A DNA stretch of 64,000 bases from Heteronotia binoei (lineage: Eukaryota). Below the pieces are notes generated by a model that searched no databases, was not told where the DNA came from, and saw only the letters and a list, made by a program, of their open reading frames with translations. Below, piece after piece: positions 36,827 through 47,428 of this stretch. The number at the start of each line of letters is the position of its first letter. The first letter of the stretch is position 1. Both the position numbers and the translations under genes were made by a program. The stretch covers positions 9,858,001-9,922,000 of the forward strand of contig NC_083233.1 in assembly GCF_032191835.1 (NCBI RefSeq), written 5' to 3'.

Positions 36827-37885
36827 ACAATAACAATAAATAAATCAGATCCAGTTAAACACAATGAATTTAAGATATCTCATAAATATAATAGAAATAT
36901 ATATACAAGTAAAAGTGACATTCTGAGATGCCAAGGCTTGAACCTGCGACCTCCTTTGTGAAACACACACTCTCCCATTGACCAGTGGCTTCTTTCCAGA
37001 TAAAGGGGTTCTGTAGAGAGCACACAACTCCACATTTCCTTGCTGCTGTTTGAGTGTATTTAGATCACTTCTGTCAGGATCCTCCTGGCTTTATGAGCCT
37101 GCGGGCACCTTCGGAACTCTGACACAGGGCGATGAACACAACCACAAAACGGCTGCCAGAGGAGGCGAAGCCAACCACAAAATGTCAGGGAGTGAGGTTG
37201 TGCATAACTCATAACAACGCTTCCAGCTTTTCAGGCAGAAGCTCTGCTTAACAGGATGCCTTTTAAAATGAACGTATTATATAAAACATTTTCTTGCATA
37301 CCATACACACAGCTTACCTTCAGTCTTGCAGTGAAGATCCTTGTGCCATGTTGTCAGCTCCTAGCCAAGCAGTGTTTTTAAAAATCTGCACAGCCAATCA
37401 GAAGCCCTGCTTGGCAGAGGCCCCACTTCCTTCTTAAAACATCTGGTGGGCTCTGTGAAAGTAGTCAGCAGGCATGTGTTGCCCCCGGGCACCACTTTGG
37501 GGACCCCTGTCCTAGGTAAAGCCTGTAGTTTGCATAATCTGCTTAGCTTTCCAACTCATTTCTAGCCGAAGTGCTCAGAGTTGGTAGCAGCAGTTATATA
37601 TGAATGCAGAGGTGGCTGTGAAATTGGTTGTACACTGCTTTGGGTGCAGTATTTATACTTTAATATTATATATTTATATTATGTGTTTTGCATAAGGAAA
37701 GCACGGTATTTGGCTGTTCCAAGGCCTTTGTGAAGGCAACTGAATAAGGCGCGTCTGTTCCCTGGACGCTAAACCTGTGTGGCAAAATCGCAGCCTCGGA
37801 TCATGCTAATTATTATTATAGATCATGGCAGACTCTTGGTTGTCCAAAAGGAAATGTCTTGTCTCCCTTTTCTCTCTCTTTCCAG

Positions 37886-37990
37886 GATGCTCTTGTCCTC
37901 ATTGGCGAAATCCACCAGAGTCTTCCTAAGCTTTCTGAGGATCCTGGAAACGTTTGGCAGAAACTGAATGAGAGACCTCTACAAGTCTAG
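37886..37990 (+). CDS. C8orf48: C8orf48 homologue, terminal coding exon (DALVLIGEIHQSLPKLSEDPGNVWQKLNERPLQV*)
   Basis: Long polypyrimidine CAG acceptor, phase 0, TAG stop at 37988-37990. Matches recalled human DFLTRIGEAHQDFPRLSDDPRIIWKRL. Joined CDS is 831 nt (276 aa). Confidence 0.9.
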   Translation, partial: DALVLIGEIHQSLPKLSEDPGNVWQKLNERPLQV

Positions 37991-39663
37991 AGCATGGCTC
38001 TGCTGGGACCATAACCGAAGTGAAAGGTGCACATAAAGTCCAATTCACCTGTATGGAGCCATGAAGAGTATCGCCTTCTGATACCGACAAGCCGGTCTGT
38101 GATCAAAGATGCCCCTTGTCGATTGGCTCCAGGTCTAGAATCCAACTCTGGCTCCCATCCCAGCGTGCGCAGAGCAAAGTGCTGCCGCTTTAATTAAATA
38201 CATTTTTCAGATTACAGAAGGTGACTTTTTTATTATAACTCCTGACAAGCCATTAAGTATTGCTTTTGTGAAATTTCATTTGGGGATTGGGCGCCGATCA
38301 CAGCTGCTCCGACTTGCAAAGAAAACAAATGGCTCTGTTTTTCAAGACAGGAAGGTGTAATGATTGGGTGTCAGTGCAATCTGTTCCCGCTGCTGCTTGC
38401 TAAATTGAAAGCTGGAGTCCCGGGTAGAGGAATGAGACAGCAGACGGCAAAGGAACAGCCGTGGAGGCACAGCGGAGTGCTTTTTGTAGTGCTGATGGCA
38501 GCGAGGATACGACCTGGAATCGATCCACGAAGCTGAGGACCCCGAGGCGACAAGCAGTGATATTAAATTAGTAATGTCGGATTGTGAGTACAGGGGTAAA
38601 GATAGAAGTAAGTAGCTGATAAAGTTTTAGTGCGCTGTCCAAATATTGTTCTGGCATTATTAGCTTTTTAAATGTGATATCCAGGTTTATGAGTTGCCAC
38701 ACATCATCGGTCCAAAGGAGAGAGGTTTTGGATCAGAGACCCATGTTCTATTTATGTTATATATTGATAGTTGCACTGCTCGCCTTCCCTCATCTTTGGA
38801 GGCCCTGTTCTGGGTGCCTGTGCCAGGTGAGGCTTGACAGGTAGCAATCCAGGAAAGGGCTTGTGGGGCCAAAACGTCGGCATTCCTTCTGCAGGGAGAT
38901 TTGTCTGCCTCCTCCCATTGTTGTCTTCTGCCTGTGTGTGAAGACTTTTGTGTTCTGTTTGACAGACCCCCAATAAGGTTAGATTAAGGGAAACTCGACC
39001 ATTTGAATTTAATTAGAAGAGTAAACCAGAGTTGGGGGAGGCACTTTCCGCAAGCCCAGCTGAACAAATGGTGATTTGCAGGATGCCCTGGGGCAGCAGA
39101 AACCCCACCCAGACGCGGAAACAAAACCATCCCCAGAGGCCTGCAAATGCTGGCTCCCAGTCTTCTCAGGAAATCCCAAATATTTCCAGGATTTTTCAGG
39201 ACTTTTTGTTTGTTTGTTTCCTGGAAAATTCCCAGATATATTTGGAGTGCCGAATATACGCAAGAAATACGGATAAGGTGTTTTCAGGTATATTTTTGGC
39301 TCGTATGTATTGGAATGCACACCTGTAGTTTCACCCTGCCCTGAGGATGAAATCCTAGATCCTTGTTTTCTCCCCTTGGCCCTTAATAAAAAGGGCAAAC
39401 ATCAAACAGGAATCTAAGCTAACATTAAGGAGTCCACTGCTGGCTGCTGGGCTCCAGGGTTTCAGTGGATGGATGAATGGATGCCAGAGATCTGTGTACC
39501 GCAGGCATGTGTCATTACTATACCTATATGTGCAAAGTTTCTATTTCTGGAGTGTTGTTCTCATGTCACAGTTCTTATTCCTGGCTTGGGGGCATTCACT
39601 GGGCGGGGGTGCTTTAAGGGTTAAATACTGAAGAACCCGAATATCTGAAATAGATAAGTTGAA

Positions 39664-40108
39664 CATGAACATATGAAGAACATATGAAGCTGCCTTATAC
39701 TGAATCAGACCCTTGGTCCATCAAAGTCAGTCTTGTCTTCTCAGACTGGCAGCGGCTCTCCAGGGTCTCAAGCTGAGGTTTTTTCACACCTATTTGCCTG
39801 GACCCTTTTTTGGAGATGCCAGGGATTGAACCTGGGACCTTCTGCTTCCCAAGCAGATGCTCTACCACTGAGCCACTGTCCCTCCCCAAAACATATGAAC
39901 ATATGAAGCTGCCTTATACTGAATCAGACCCTTGGTCCATCAAAGTCAGTATTGTCTTCTCAGACTGGCAGCGGCTTTCCAGGGTCTCAAGCTGAGGTTT
40001 TTTCACACCTATTTGCCTGGACCCTTTTTTGGAGATGCCAGGGATTGAACCTGGGACCTTCTGCTTCCCAAGCAAATGCTCTACCACTGAGCCACCGTCC
40101 CTCCCCTA
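39664..40108 (-). mobile_element. Head-to-tail dimer of tRNA-derived SINE family B
   Basis: Two complete ~220-bp copies, each with a tggctcagtggtagagc A box, a ggttcaatccc B box and a (TATGTTCA)n tail. Confidence 0.88.
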
Positions 40109-40324
40109 ACTGTTGTACTAACTGTGACCTGGATGGCTTATTCTTTAGCCATTTGAAAACCCCCAGGCTCAGTCTGCGGGGTGCAGAGCAATGGAGTTCT
40201 TAAGCTGCCCTGAGCCTGCTTCGGCGGGGCGGGGAGGGCAAGATAGAAATCTAATAAATAATAACATTAACATTGACCCTCCCCTCTTCCTCAGTTCACC
40301 ATACTAAAAAGAGGAATGAGGGTA

Positions 40325-40400
40325 TTCGTGAGTTTCCTGCATTGTGCAGGCGGTTGGACTAGATGACCCTGGAGGTCCCTTCCAACTCTATGGTTCTATG
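40325..40400 (+). mobile_element. CR1 3' tip
   Basis: ggactagatgaccctggaggtcccttccaactctatg terminus. Confidence 0.75.
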
Positions 40401-41299
40401 AATAAGTAGCAGTTCCGTGGGTCTGGGAGCTCAGATTCAACCTGTCCAGGCCAGAATTGCAGTCTCCGTTAAGGCTCAACCTAGCAGCTTGAGAACTTTG
40501 TGAGCTCTGCCCTTACTTCAAGGTAGCTCTCCAGCTTAGCCTGCTTCACTGGTTGCAGCCTCGCTGTAGTTGTTCATGCCCCTGTAGTATCCTGACTTGA
40601 CTACTGCCATGAGCCATAACTGAGCTGCTCTTGAAGACTGCCGGCCAGTTTCCTCCATTGAGAAGTGTTCCAACTGGCCGATCTCACATGAATGCAGGAA
40701 AGAAAACACTAATAAAGGTGGTTTGGTGTTGGGTTAAGTTTGGCTGAGACATGAATATAGAAATCTTCGAGCTCCCGTGGAATGATGTGGGCATGATGTC
40801 TTCCTGCAGGGGACTGTATTTCCTTCTGGGGTGGCACAAAGAGATCGATGACTTGAAGCAACTGCAATGAATCACACCTCTTGACTGTTTCCAGCGGGGT
40901 CAGCACTGAAGCAGGCTGTGCCCTGGAGAATTAAGGCTTTTGGGGGACACTTTTGGAAAGCAAAGCAGGCCTTGTCCTCCACCAGGAGATTGCTCTGTGT
41001 CTGGGCTGTGTGAATAGGTAGGGGGGTTCCACGGCTGAATGCTCTTCCTTGCAAATTTATTTATTTGATATTTAGATCTTCCTTTTCTCCTCAGTGGGAA
41101 CCTAAAGCCGCTTCCATTGTGCTTCACTTCTCCATTTGATCCTCACCCTGTGAGGAGGGTTCGCTTGTGAGCAAGAGACCCCTAATTTCAGTTATATACG
41201 GACATTGTAATCACCCGTTTGGTTGCCAGGGTGCCTGGAGATACAACTCACACACATCTGCTGTGAAATGTGGGTTTTATCTACTGTTTTATAAGAGAC

Positions 41300-42424
41300 T
41301 TATGTGAATACTAACAGCACTCTATATCTCTGGAGGAGTGCTAGCCAGAAGTACAGATGGGTTTCCAGCTGCTCTGTGCGTGAACCATCTCAGCCATTGC
41401 AGTGGAAGAAGTCGCGTTGCCAGGATCTGTCTGGGCAAGCGGTTTCCAGCCTTGACCATGAAAGCCATGTTGGTAGGCTAACATCATCAGCGACCATCTT
41501 CCAGCCAGACTCCATGACAGAGAAGCGAGAGGCTCACGCACTCAACAGCTGTAACATCTACATTAGGCAATCAAGCTTAGCTTAGGCGTGGATCCTGCCA
41601 GACCGCCCAAGTCTTTATCAAACGGAACTTCAGACAAAGGACTGTGCTAGCCAGAAGAGCAAGAAGAGGAAGACCAGTCTCCCCCAGAGCCAGAAGTTCT
41701 TGGTATAGATCGGGTGTCACCTTAGGTACCAATTTGGTCTTCTGTTGTCACCTTTAGATAAGTTTGGATAACTTGTTTAATCCCCTCCACCCATGCCTTG
41801 CCCAAACTGCCACTTTGGAGCCTCCCCCTGTCCCACTGTTACCTGGAGATCCATTCAGGTGACCAGGGTCAGGTCTGCTCATTGGCTGGAGGTGGGCATC
41901 CAATCAGGTACCCAGAATAGACTAGATACTGCCCACCAACAAGCCAGCCCCTTTTTGGGATGACCTTTTCCTTTCCAAAAATAATATAGCCAGAGAGAAA
42001 GCCATGCTCACTCTCTCATGCCTGAGCAACATGTAACCAGATTGTTCCTCCCTCCCTACTCTTAGTAAGGAGCATCAGGCATGGCACATCGCAGTGCATG
42101 TCTATGTGTCTGGACCCTAAGCCACCAGGATCAGGTCGTATACCCTGTCTTTGTTTTTACCCTTGTGTTACCCCTCTATCAATTTCATATCTGTTTTCTT
42201 AGGCCTGTATGTGTGTTGTATGATTTTACACCCTTGTATGTTTGCCCTTATTTCTTAAATAAAAAAACTCCATTGATTATTAGATCATCTTGCCTCTTTA
42301 CTGGGAGGGTGACTCTCAAAGCAGACGCCTTCTGTATAAACAGGTTTTTAGATCTCGCTAAAAGGCTGATTGCCCACCTCTCTAAATTCCCCCAAACCAT
42401 ATTTTTAGGGCAGTTGGCTTAACA
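41300..42424 (+). mobile_element. Possible ERV-type solo LTR; 5' boundary unresolved
   Basis: ATTGG/CCAAT boxes at ~41880-41905, AATAAA at ~42259, 3' end ...ggcttaaca. No TSD identified. Confidence 0.4.
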
Positions 42425-42589
42425 CACTTGAGAGAGGGAAAGTGACTGGCCCGGGATCACCCAGCAGGCTTTCAAGGCAGAGTGGGGATTTGAACTTGGG
42501 TCTCCCAGCTCCCAGGCTGTTCCTCTGACCACTATACTACTCTGGCAATGAATTTCCTACACCTAGAAAACTGGTTTACCAGTGTAGAT

Positions 42590-42778
42590 AAATCCAGGTG
42601 GGCAGCCGCGTTGGTCTGAAGCAAGAGAACAAAGTAGGAGTCCAGTAGAACCTTTAAGACCAGCAAAATTTTATTCAGAACGTAAGCTTTTGTATGTCTG
42701 AAGAATTATGCATGCATATGAAAGCTAACGTTCTGAATAAAACTTCGTTGGTCTTAAAGATGCTACTGGACTCCTCCT
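42590..42778. mobile_element. Penelope-like element remnant with inverted pLTR halves
   Basis: 42635-42690 and 42721-42775 are inverted copies (ggagtccagtag..ctttaagacc..ttttattcagaacg). atccaggtgggcagccg terminus. Confidence 0.7.
42694..42731 (+). ncRNA. Minimal type I hammerhead ribozyme motif of the Penelope pLTR
   Basis: Stem I AUGU/ACGU, core CUGAAGA (42698-42704), stem II, GAAA (42720-42723), palindromic AGCU and triplet CUA. Activity untested. Confidence 0.55.
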
Positions 42779-44065
42779 TTGGTTTACCTGTGAGAAGGGC
42801 TCCTGCCTTCCCATCTTCCTGGCCTTCTAGCTTTCCATGTGCAGGTGTTTTTTGGGGGGAGGGCATGGAGGAACTTTCAGTGATGTGAGTTTCAATCACG
42901 CCTCAGTCTGAATTTCACCCACCCCCTCCAGCCTCAACAGAGACTGATCATCTCCAGGACAAGGTGGCTTTAGAAATGTCTCCCTGAAGAACCCTGCATG
43001 GCTTTTGTGGAGCCAAGGAAGTTTGTCCTTGGGAAGCCAATCTAACCCTGTTCTTGTTTCAGAGGCATAGCGGAAAAGCTTTCCACGGTGCTGTATGTAA
43101 AATGTTAGAATGGAAGAAACAGGTGGCAACACAGTATGGAACAAGAAAAGAGCAAACAAGTGTGTATGCAGAAAAATAAACAACATACAAAATCTTTGTG
43201 TGCCAATTTCTCTATTATATATACAGCTACCACACCACACAACAGGGAATAACTTCATTCACAAGGAAAGGTTCCACTGCAAGAATAAGACAGTCCACTT
43301 TCACTGATGAAATCCAAGTTCATATACAAAAGTTCACATAGGACAGTCTATTGTGAAATTCTTCAATAATTTCTGTGTGGAATTCTGTAATTCCCTGAAG
43401 AAATTCGGCTCCAAAGGCAAAGGTTCTCCGTACGTGTCAGTTGACTCAGGACTACGTTTCATATGATGCTTTTTCTAGATCTAATCTGTTCTGTAGTAGT
43501 CACAATTTGACGTCAGAAGGTCTTAATACGCTTCCAGTCATACATTTCAATTGGAGCTTATGCCTACTGGAAATGTATTAAGACTTTTTTGCTTGATATC
43601 AAATTGTGAATATTACAGAACAGATTAGATCTAGAAAAAGCATTGATATGTGAAATGCGGTCCTGAGTCGACTGACACGTAAGGAGAACCTTTGCATTTG
43701 GAGTCAAATTTCTTCAGGGAACTACAGGATTCCACACAGAAATTATTGAAGAATTTCACGTGAGTAGGGTGGCCAGACCGTCCCGGTCTCCCGGGACATT
43801 CCCGGATCTGGCCACCCAATCCCGGATCCCGGGCTGCCTATACCGGGACCATTAAAGGTCCCGGTTTAGGCAGCCCCGGAGCCGGTGGGCCGCGGGCGCG
43901 GGCGGGGAAGGCGGGGAGTGAGGGAGGGAGCGTCCCTGCGCCTGCGCAGGGACGCTCCCACCCTCACTCCCCGCCTTCCCCGCCCGCGCGCGGGGCCCGG
44001 CGGCAGTGGGGGAGGCCTCTCCGTGGCCTCCGCTGGTCGCTGGAAGCCCTCCAGAGACCAGCGGA

Positions 44066-45160
44066 GGCCGCGGAGAGGCCGCGGGGCACCCGGCGCTGGT
44101 CCCGGAAGGCCTTCCAGAGGCTCTGGAAGGCCTTCCGGGACCAGCGCCGGCCAGCGAAGGCTTCCCCGCGGCCTCCGCTGGTCCCTGGAGGCCCTCCAGA
44201 GTCTCTGGAGGGCCTCCAGGGACCAGCGGAGGCCGCGGGGAAGCCGCGGGGCACCCGGCGCTGGTCCCGGAAGGCCTTCCAGAGCCTCTGGAAGGCCTTC
44301 GGGGACCAGCGAAGGCTTCCCCGCGGCCTCCGCTGGTCCCTGGAGGCCCTCCAGAGTCTCTGGAGGGCCTCCAGGGACCAGCGGAGGCCGCGGGGAAGCT
44401 GCGGGGCACCCGGCGCTGGTCCCGGAAGGCCTTCCAGAGGCTCTGGAAGGCCTTCCGGGACCAGCGCCGGCCAGCGAAGGCTTCCCCGCGGCCTCCGCTG
44501 GTCCCTGGAGGCCCTCCAGAGTCTCTGGAGGGCCTCCAGGGACCAGCGGAGGCCGCGGGGAAGCCGCGGGGCACCCGGCGCTGGTCCCGGAAGGCCTTCC
44601 AGAGCCTCTGGAAGGCCTTCTGGGACCAGCGCCGGCCAGCGAAGGCTTCCCCGCGGCCTCCGCTGGTCCCTGGAGGCCCTCCAGAGTCTCTGGAGGGCCT
44701 CCAGGGACCAGCGGAGGCTGCGGGGAAGCCGCGGGGCACCCGGCGCTGGTCCCGGAAGGCCTTCCAGAGGCTCTGGAAGGCCTTCCGGGACCAGCGCCGG
44801 CCAGCGAAGGCTTCCCCGCGGCCTCCGCTGGTCCCTGGAGGCCCTCCAGAGTCTCTGGAGGGCCTCCAGGGACCAGCGGAGGCCGCGGGGCACCCGGCGC
44901 TGGTCCCGGAAGGCCTTCCAGAGGCTCTGGAAGGCCTTCCGGGACCAGCGCCGGCCAGCGAAGGCTTCCCCGCGGCCTCCGCTGGTCCCTGGAGGCCCTC
45001 CAGAGTCTCTGGAGGGCCTCCAGGGACCAGCGGAGGCCGCGGGGAAGCCGCGGAGCAGCCGGCGCTGGTCCCTGGAGGCCTCCAGAGGCCAGCGCCGGTA
45101 GCGGAGAGGCCCGGCGCTGGTCCCTGGAGGCCTCCAGAGGCCAGCCCCGGCAGCTCCCTC
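44066..45160. repeat. GC-rich tandem array, ~165-bp unit (about 6.5 copies), each unit made of two near-perfect hairpins
   Basis: Unit starts at 44231, 44386, 44551, 44716, 44881 and 45035. Hairpin A has 30-bp arms and hairpin B ~42-bp arms, each with a 1-nt loop. Confidence 0.92.
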
Positions 45161-45253
45161 CCTCCCTCGCCGCGAGGCCGCCGCCGGAGGACTCCCCGCC
45201 GCCGCTGGATCCGCCGCCCTGGAATAAGGTAAGGGGGCCGAAAGCGGGGGGGG

Positions 45254-45884
45254 NNNNNNNNNNNNNNNNNNNNNNNNNNNNNNNNNNNNNNNNNNNNNNN
45301 NNNNNNNNNNNNNNNNNNNNNNNNNNNNNNNNNNNNNNNNNNNNNNNNNNNNNNNNNNNNNNNNNNNNNNNNNNNNNNNNNNNNNNNNNNNNNNNNNNNN
45401 NNNNNNNNNNNNNNNNNNNNNNNNNNNNNNNNNNNNNNNNNNNNNNNNNNNNNNNNNNNNNNNNNNNNNNNNNNNNNNNNNNNNNNNNNNNNNNNNNNNN
45501 NNNNNNNNNNNNNNNNNNNNNNNNNNNNNNNNNNNNNNNNNNNNNNNNNNNNNNNNNNNNNNNNNNNNNNNNNNNNNNNNNNNNNNNNNNNNNNNNNNNN
45601 NNNNNNNNNNNNNNNNNNNNNNNNNNNNNNNNNNNNNNNNNNNNNNNNNNNNNNNNNNNNNNNNNNNNNNNNNNNNNNNNNNNNNNNNNNNNNNNNNNNN
45701 NNNNNNNNNNNNNNNNNNNNNNNNNNNNNNNNNNNNNNNNNNNNNNNNNNNNNNNNNNNNNNNNNNNNNNNNNNNNNNNNNNNNNNNNNNNNNNNNNNNN
45801 NNNNNNNNNNNNNNNNNNNNNNNNNNNNNNNNNNNNNNNNNNNNNNNNNNNNNNNNNNNNNNNNNNNNNNNNNNNNNNNNNNNN
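45254..45884. other. Assembly gap (631 N)
   Basis: Run of N between a poly-G tract and the 67-bp array. Confidence 1.
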
Positions 45885-46480
45885 TGCAGAGTGTTGGACT
45901 GGATGGGCCACTGGCCTGATCCAACAGGGCTTCTCTTATGTTCTTATGTGACGCAGAGTGTTGGACTGGATGGGCCACTGGCCTGATCCAACAGGGCTTC
46001 TCTTATGTTCTTATGTGATGCAGAGTGTTGGACTGGATGGGCCACTGGCCTGATCCAACAGGGCTTCTCTTATGTTCTTATGTGACGCAGAGTGTTGGAC
46101 TGGATGGGCCACTGGCCTGATCCAACAGGGCTTCTCTTATGTTCTTATGTGACGCAGAGTGTTGGACTGGATGGGCCACTGGCCTGATCCAACAGGGCTT
46201 CTCTTATGTTGTTATGTGATGCAGAGTGTTGGACTGGATGGGCCACTGGCCTGATCCAACAGGGCTTCTCTTATGTTGTTATGTGATGCAGAGTGTTGGA
46301 CTGGATGGGCCACTGGCCTGATCCAACAGGGCTTCTCTTATGTTGTTATGTGACGCAGAGTGTTGGACTGGATGGGCCACTGGCCTGATCCAACAGGGCT
46401 TCTCTTATGTTGTTATGTGATGCAGAGTGTTGGACTGGATGGGCCACTGGCCTGATCCAACAGGGCTTCTCTTATGTGAC
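45885..46480 (+). repeat. Tandem array of at least nine 67-bp CR1 3' termini
   Basis: Units at 45886, 45953, 46020, 46087, 46154, 46221, 46288, 46355 and 46422. Each unit is the reverse complement of the CR1 end at ~13660-13725. Confidence 0.93.
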
Positions 46481-46548
46481 AATACTGACTTTGGTGGACC
46501 CAAGCACTGATTCAGTGTAAGGGAGCTTTGTGTTTGTGTCTTCTAGTG

Positions 46549-47428
46549 CAATTTTGTTCTCAGATCCTGTATTTACTTCATCAGTATATGGGATAAGGCA
46601 CTTTCTCAACTGTGCTGCATAATGCAGCCTATTTATTTTGTCCTGTTGGCTCTATCTGCGCCACCTTCATCACTTTCGGGGTGTGGATCCCCCAGTGGAG
46701 TGGTCTCCCGACTCCCTCCGCCGGCTGTTTCTGATAGCCCTGCGCCCCCTCTTTCATTTGATATGTGTCCCGTGCGGGTGCCACCCTCCCGCCGGGAGAT
46801 GCCGCAAAATGAGCCCCCTTGAGGCTTATGGCGAGCTAGACTGCTGTTCTTTTGAGGGGTTATAGAGTGTTTCGAGCCCATCCCTGTGGCATCGGTCCCA
46901 TCATTGTGGGGCCCAGGGGGCCGGCGCAGCGGCACGCTGAAGCAGCCTGTCGGTCACTTCCAGGTTCCTGTCCTGCATCTTGACCGGTGTTATTAGTGAC
47001 AGGCTGCTTCGGCGTGCCGCTGCGCCGGCCCCCTTGGTCCCACAACGATGGGACCGATGCCACAGGGACGGGCTCGAAACACTCTATAACCCCTCAAAAG
47101 AACAGCAGTCTAGCTCGCTTCCCCCGAGCCCTGCCGCCATAAGCCTCAAGGGGGCTCATTTTGCGGCATCTCCCGGCGGGAGGGTGGCACCCGCACGGGA
47201 CACATATCAAATGAAAGAGGGGGCGCAGGGCTATCAGAAACAGTCAGCGGAGGGAGTCGGGAGACCACCCCACTGGGGGATCCACACCCCGAAAGTGATG
47301 AAGGTGGCGCAGATAGAGCCAACAGAGCCAACAGGACAAAATAAATAGGCTGCATTATGCAGCACAGTTGAGAAAGTGCCTTATCCCATATACTGATGAA
47401 GTATATACAGGATTTGAGAACAAAATTG
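46549..47428. repeat. Near-perfect palindrome, arms ~400-430 bp, 46-bp spacer
   Basis: 46549-46951 versus 46998-47428: two small insertions in the right arm and few substitutions. Confidence 0.93.

Noticed and set aside
37072-37125. Short TGTCAG...CTGACA inverted pair suggesting another LTR
   Set aside because: Only ~53 bp apart, with no matching TSD or poly(A) signal found.
38340-38600. Possible extra exon or conserved element downstream of the C8orf48 stop (GTGAGT donor at ~38584)
   Set aside because: All frames from the nearest acceptor hit stops, and conservation cannot be judged without alignments.
43852-45978. Very long ORFs (309-708 aa) on both strands
   Set aside because: They result from the stop-poor GC-rich 165-bp array and read-through of the N gap. 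The products are repetitive Pro/Gly/Ala/Arg strings with no domain and no splice context.
45885-46480. Regularly spaced repeats resembling a CRISPR array
   Set aside because: There are no unique spacers, the unit is a CR1 3' end, and the context is vertebrate with no cas genes.
46622-47355. Mirror-image ORFs (MQPIYFVLLAL...) on opposite strands
   Set aside because: A direct consequence of the 880-bp palindrome, with no coding evidence.
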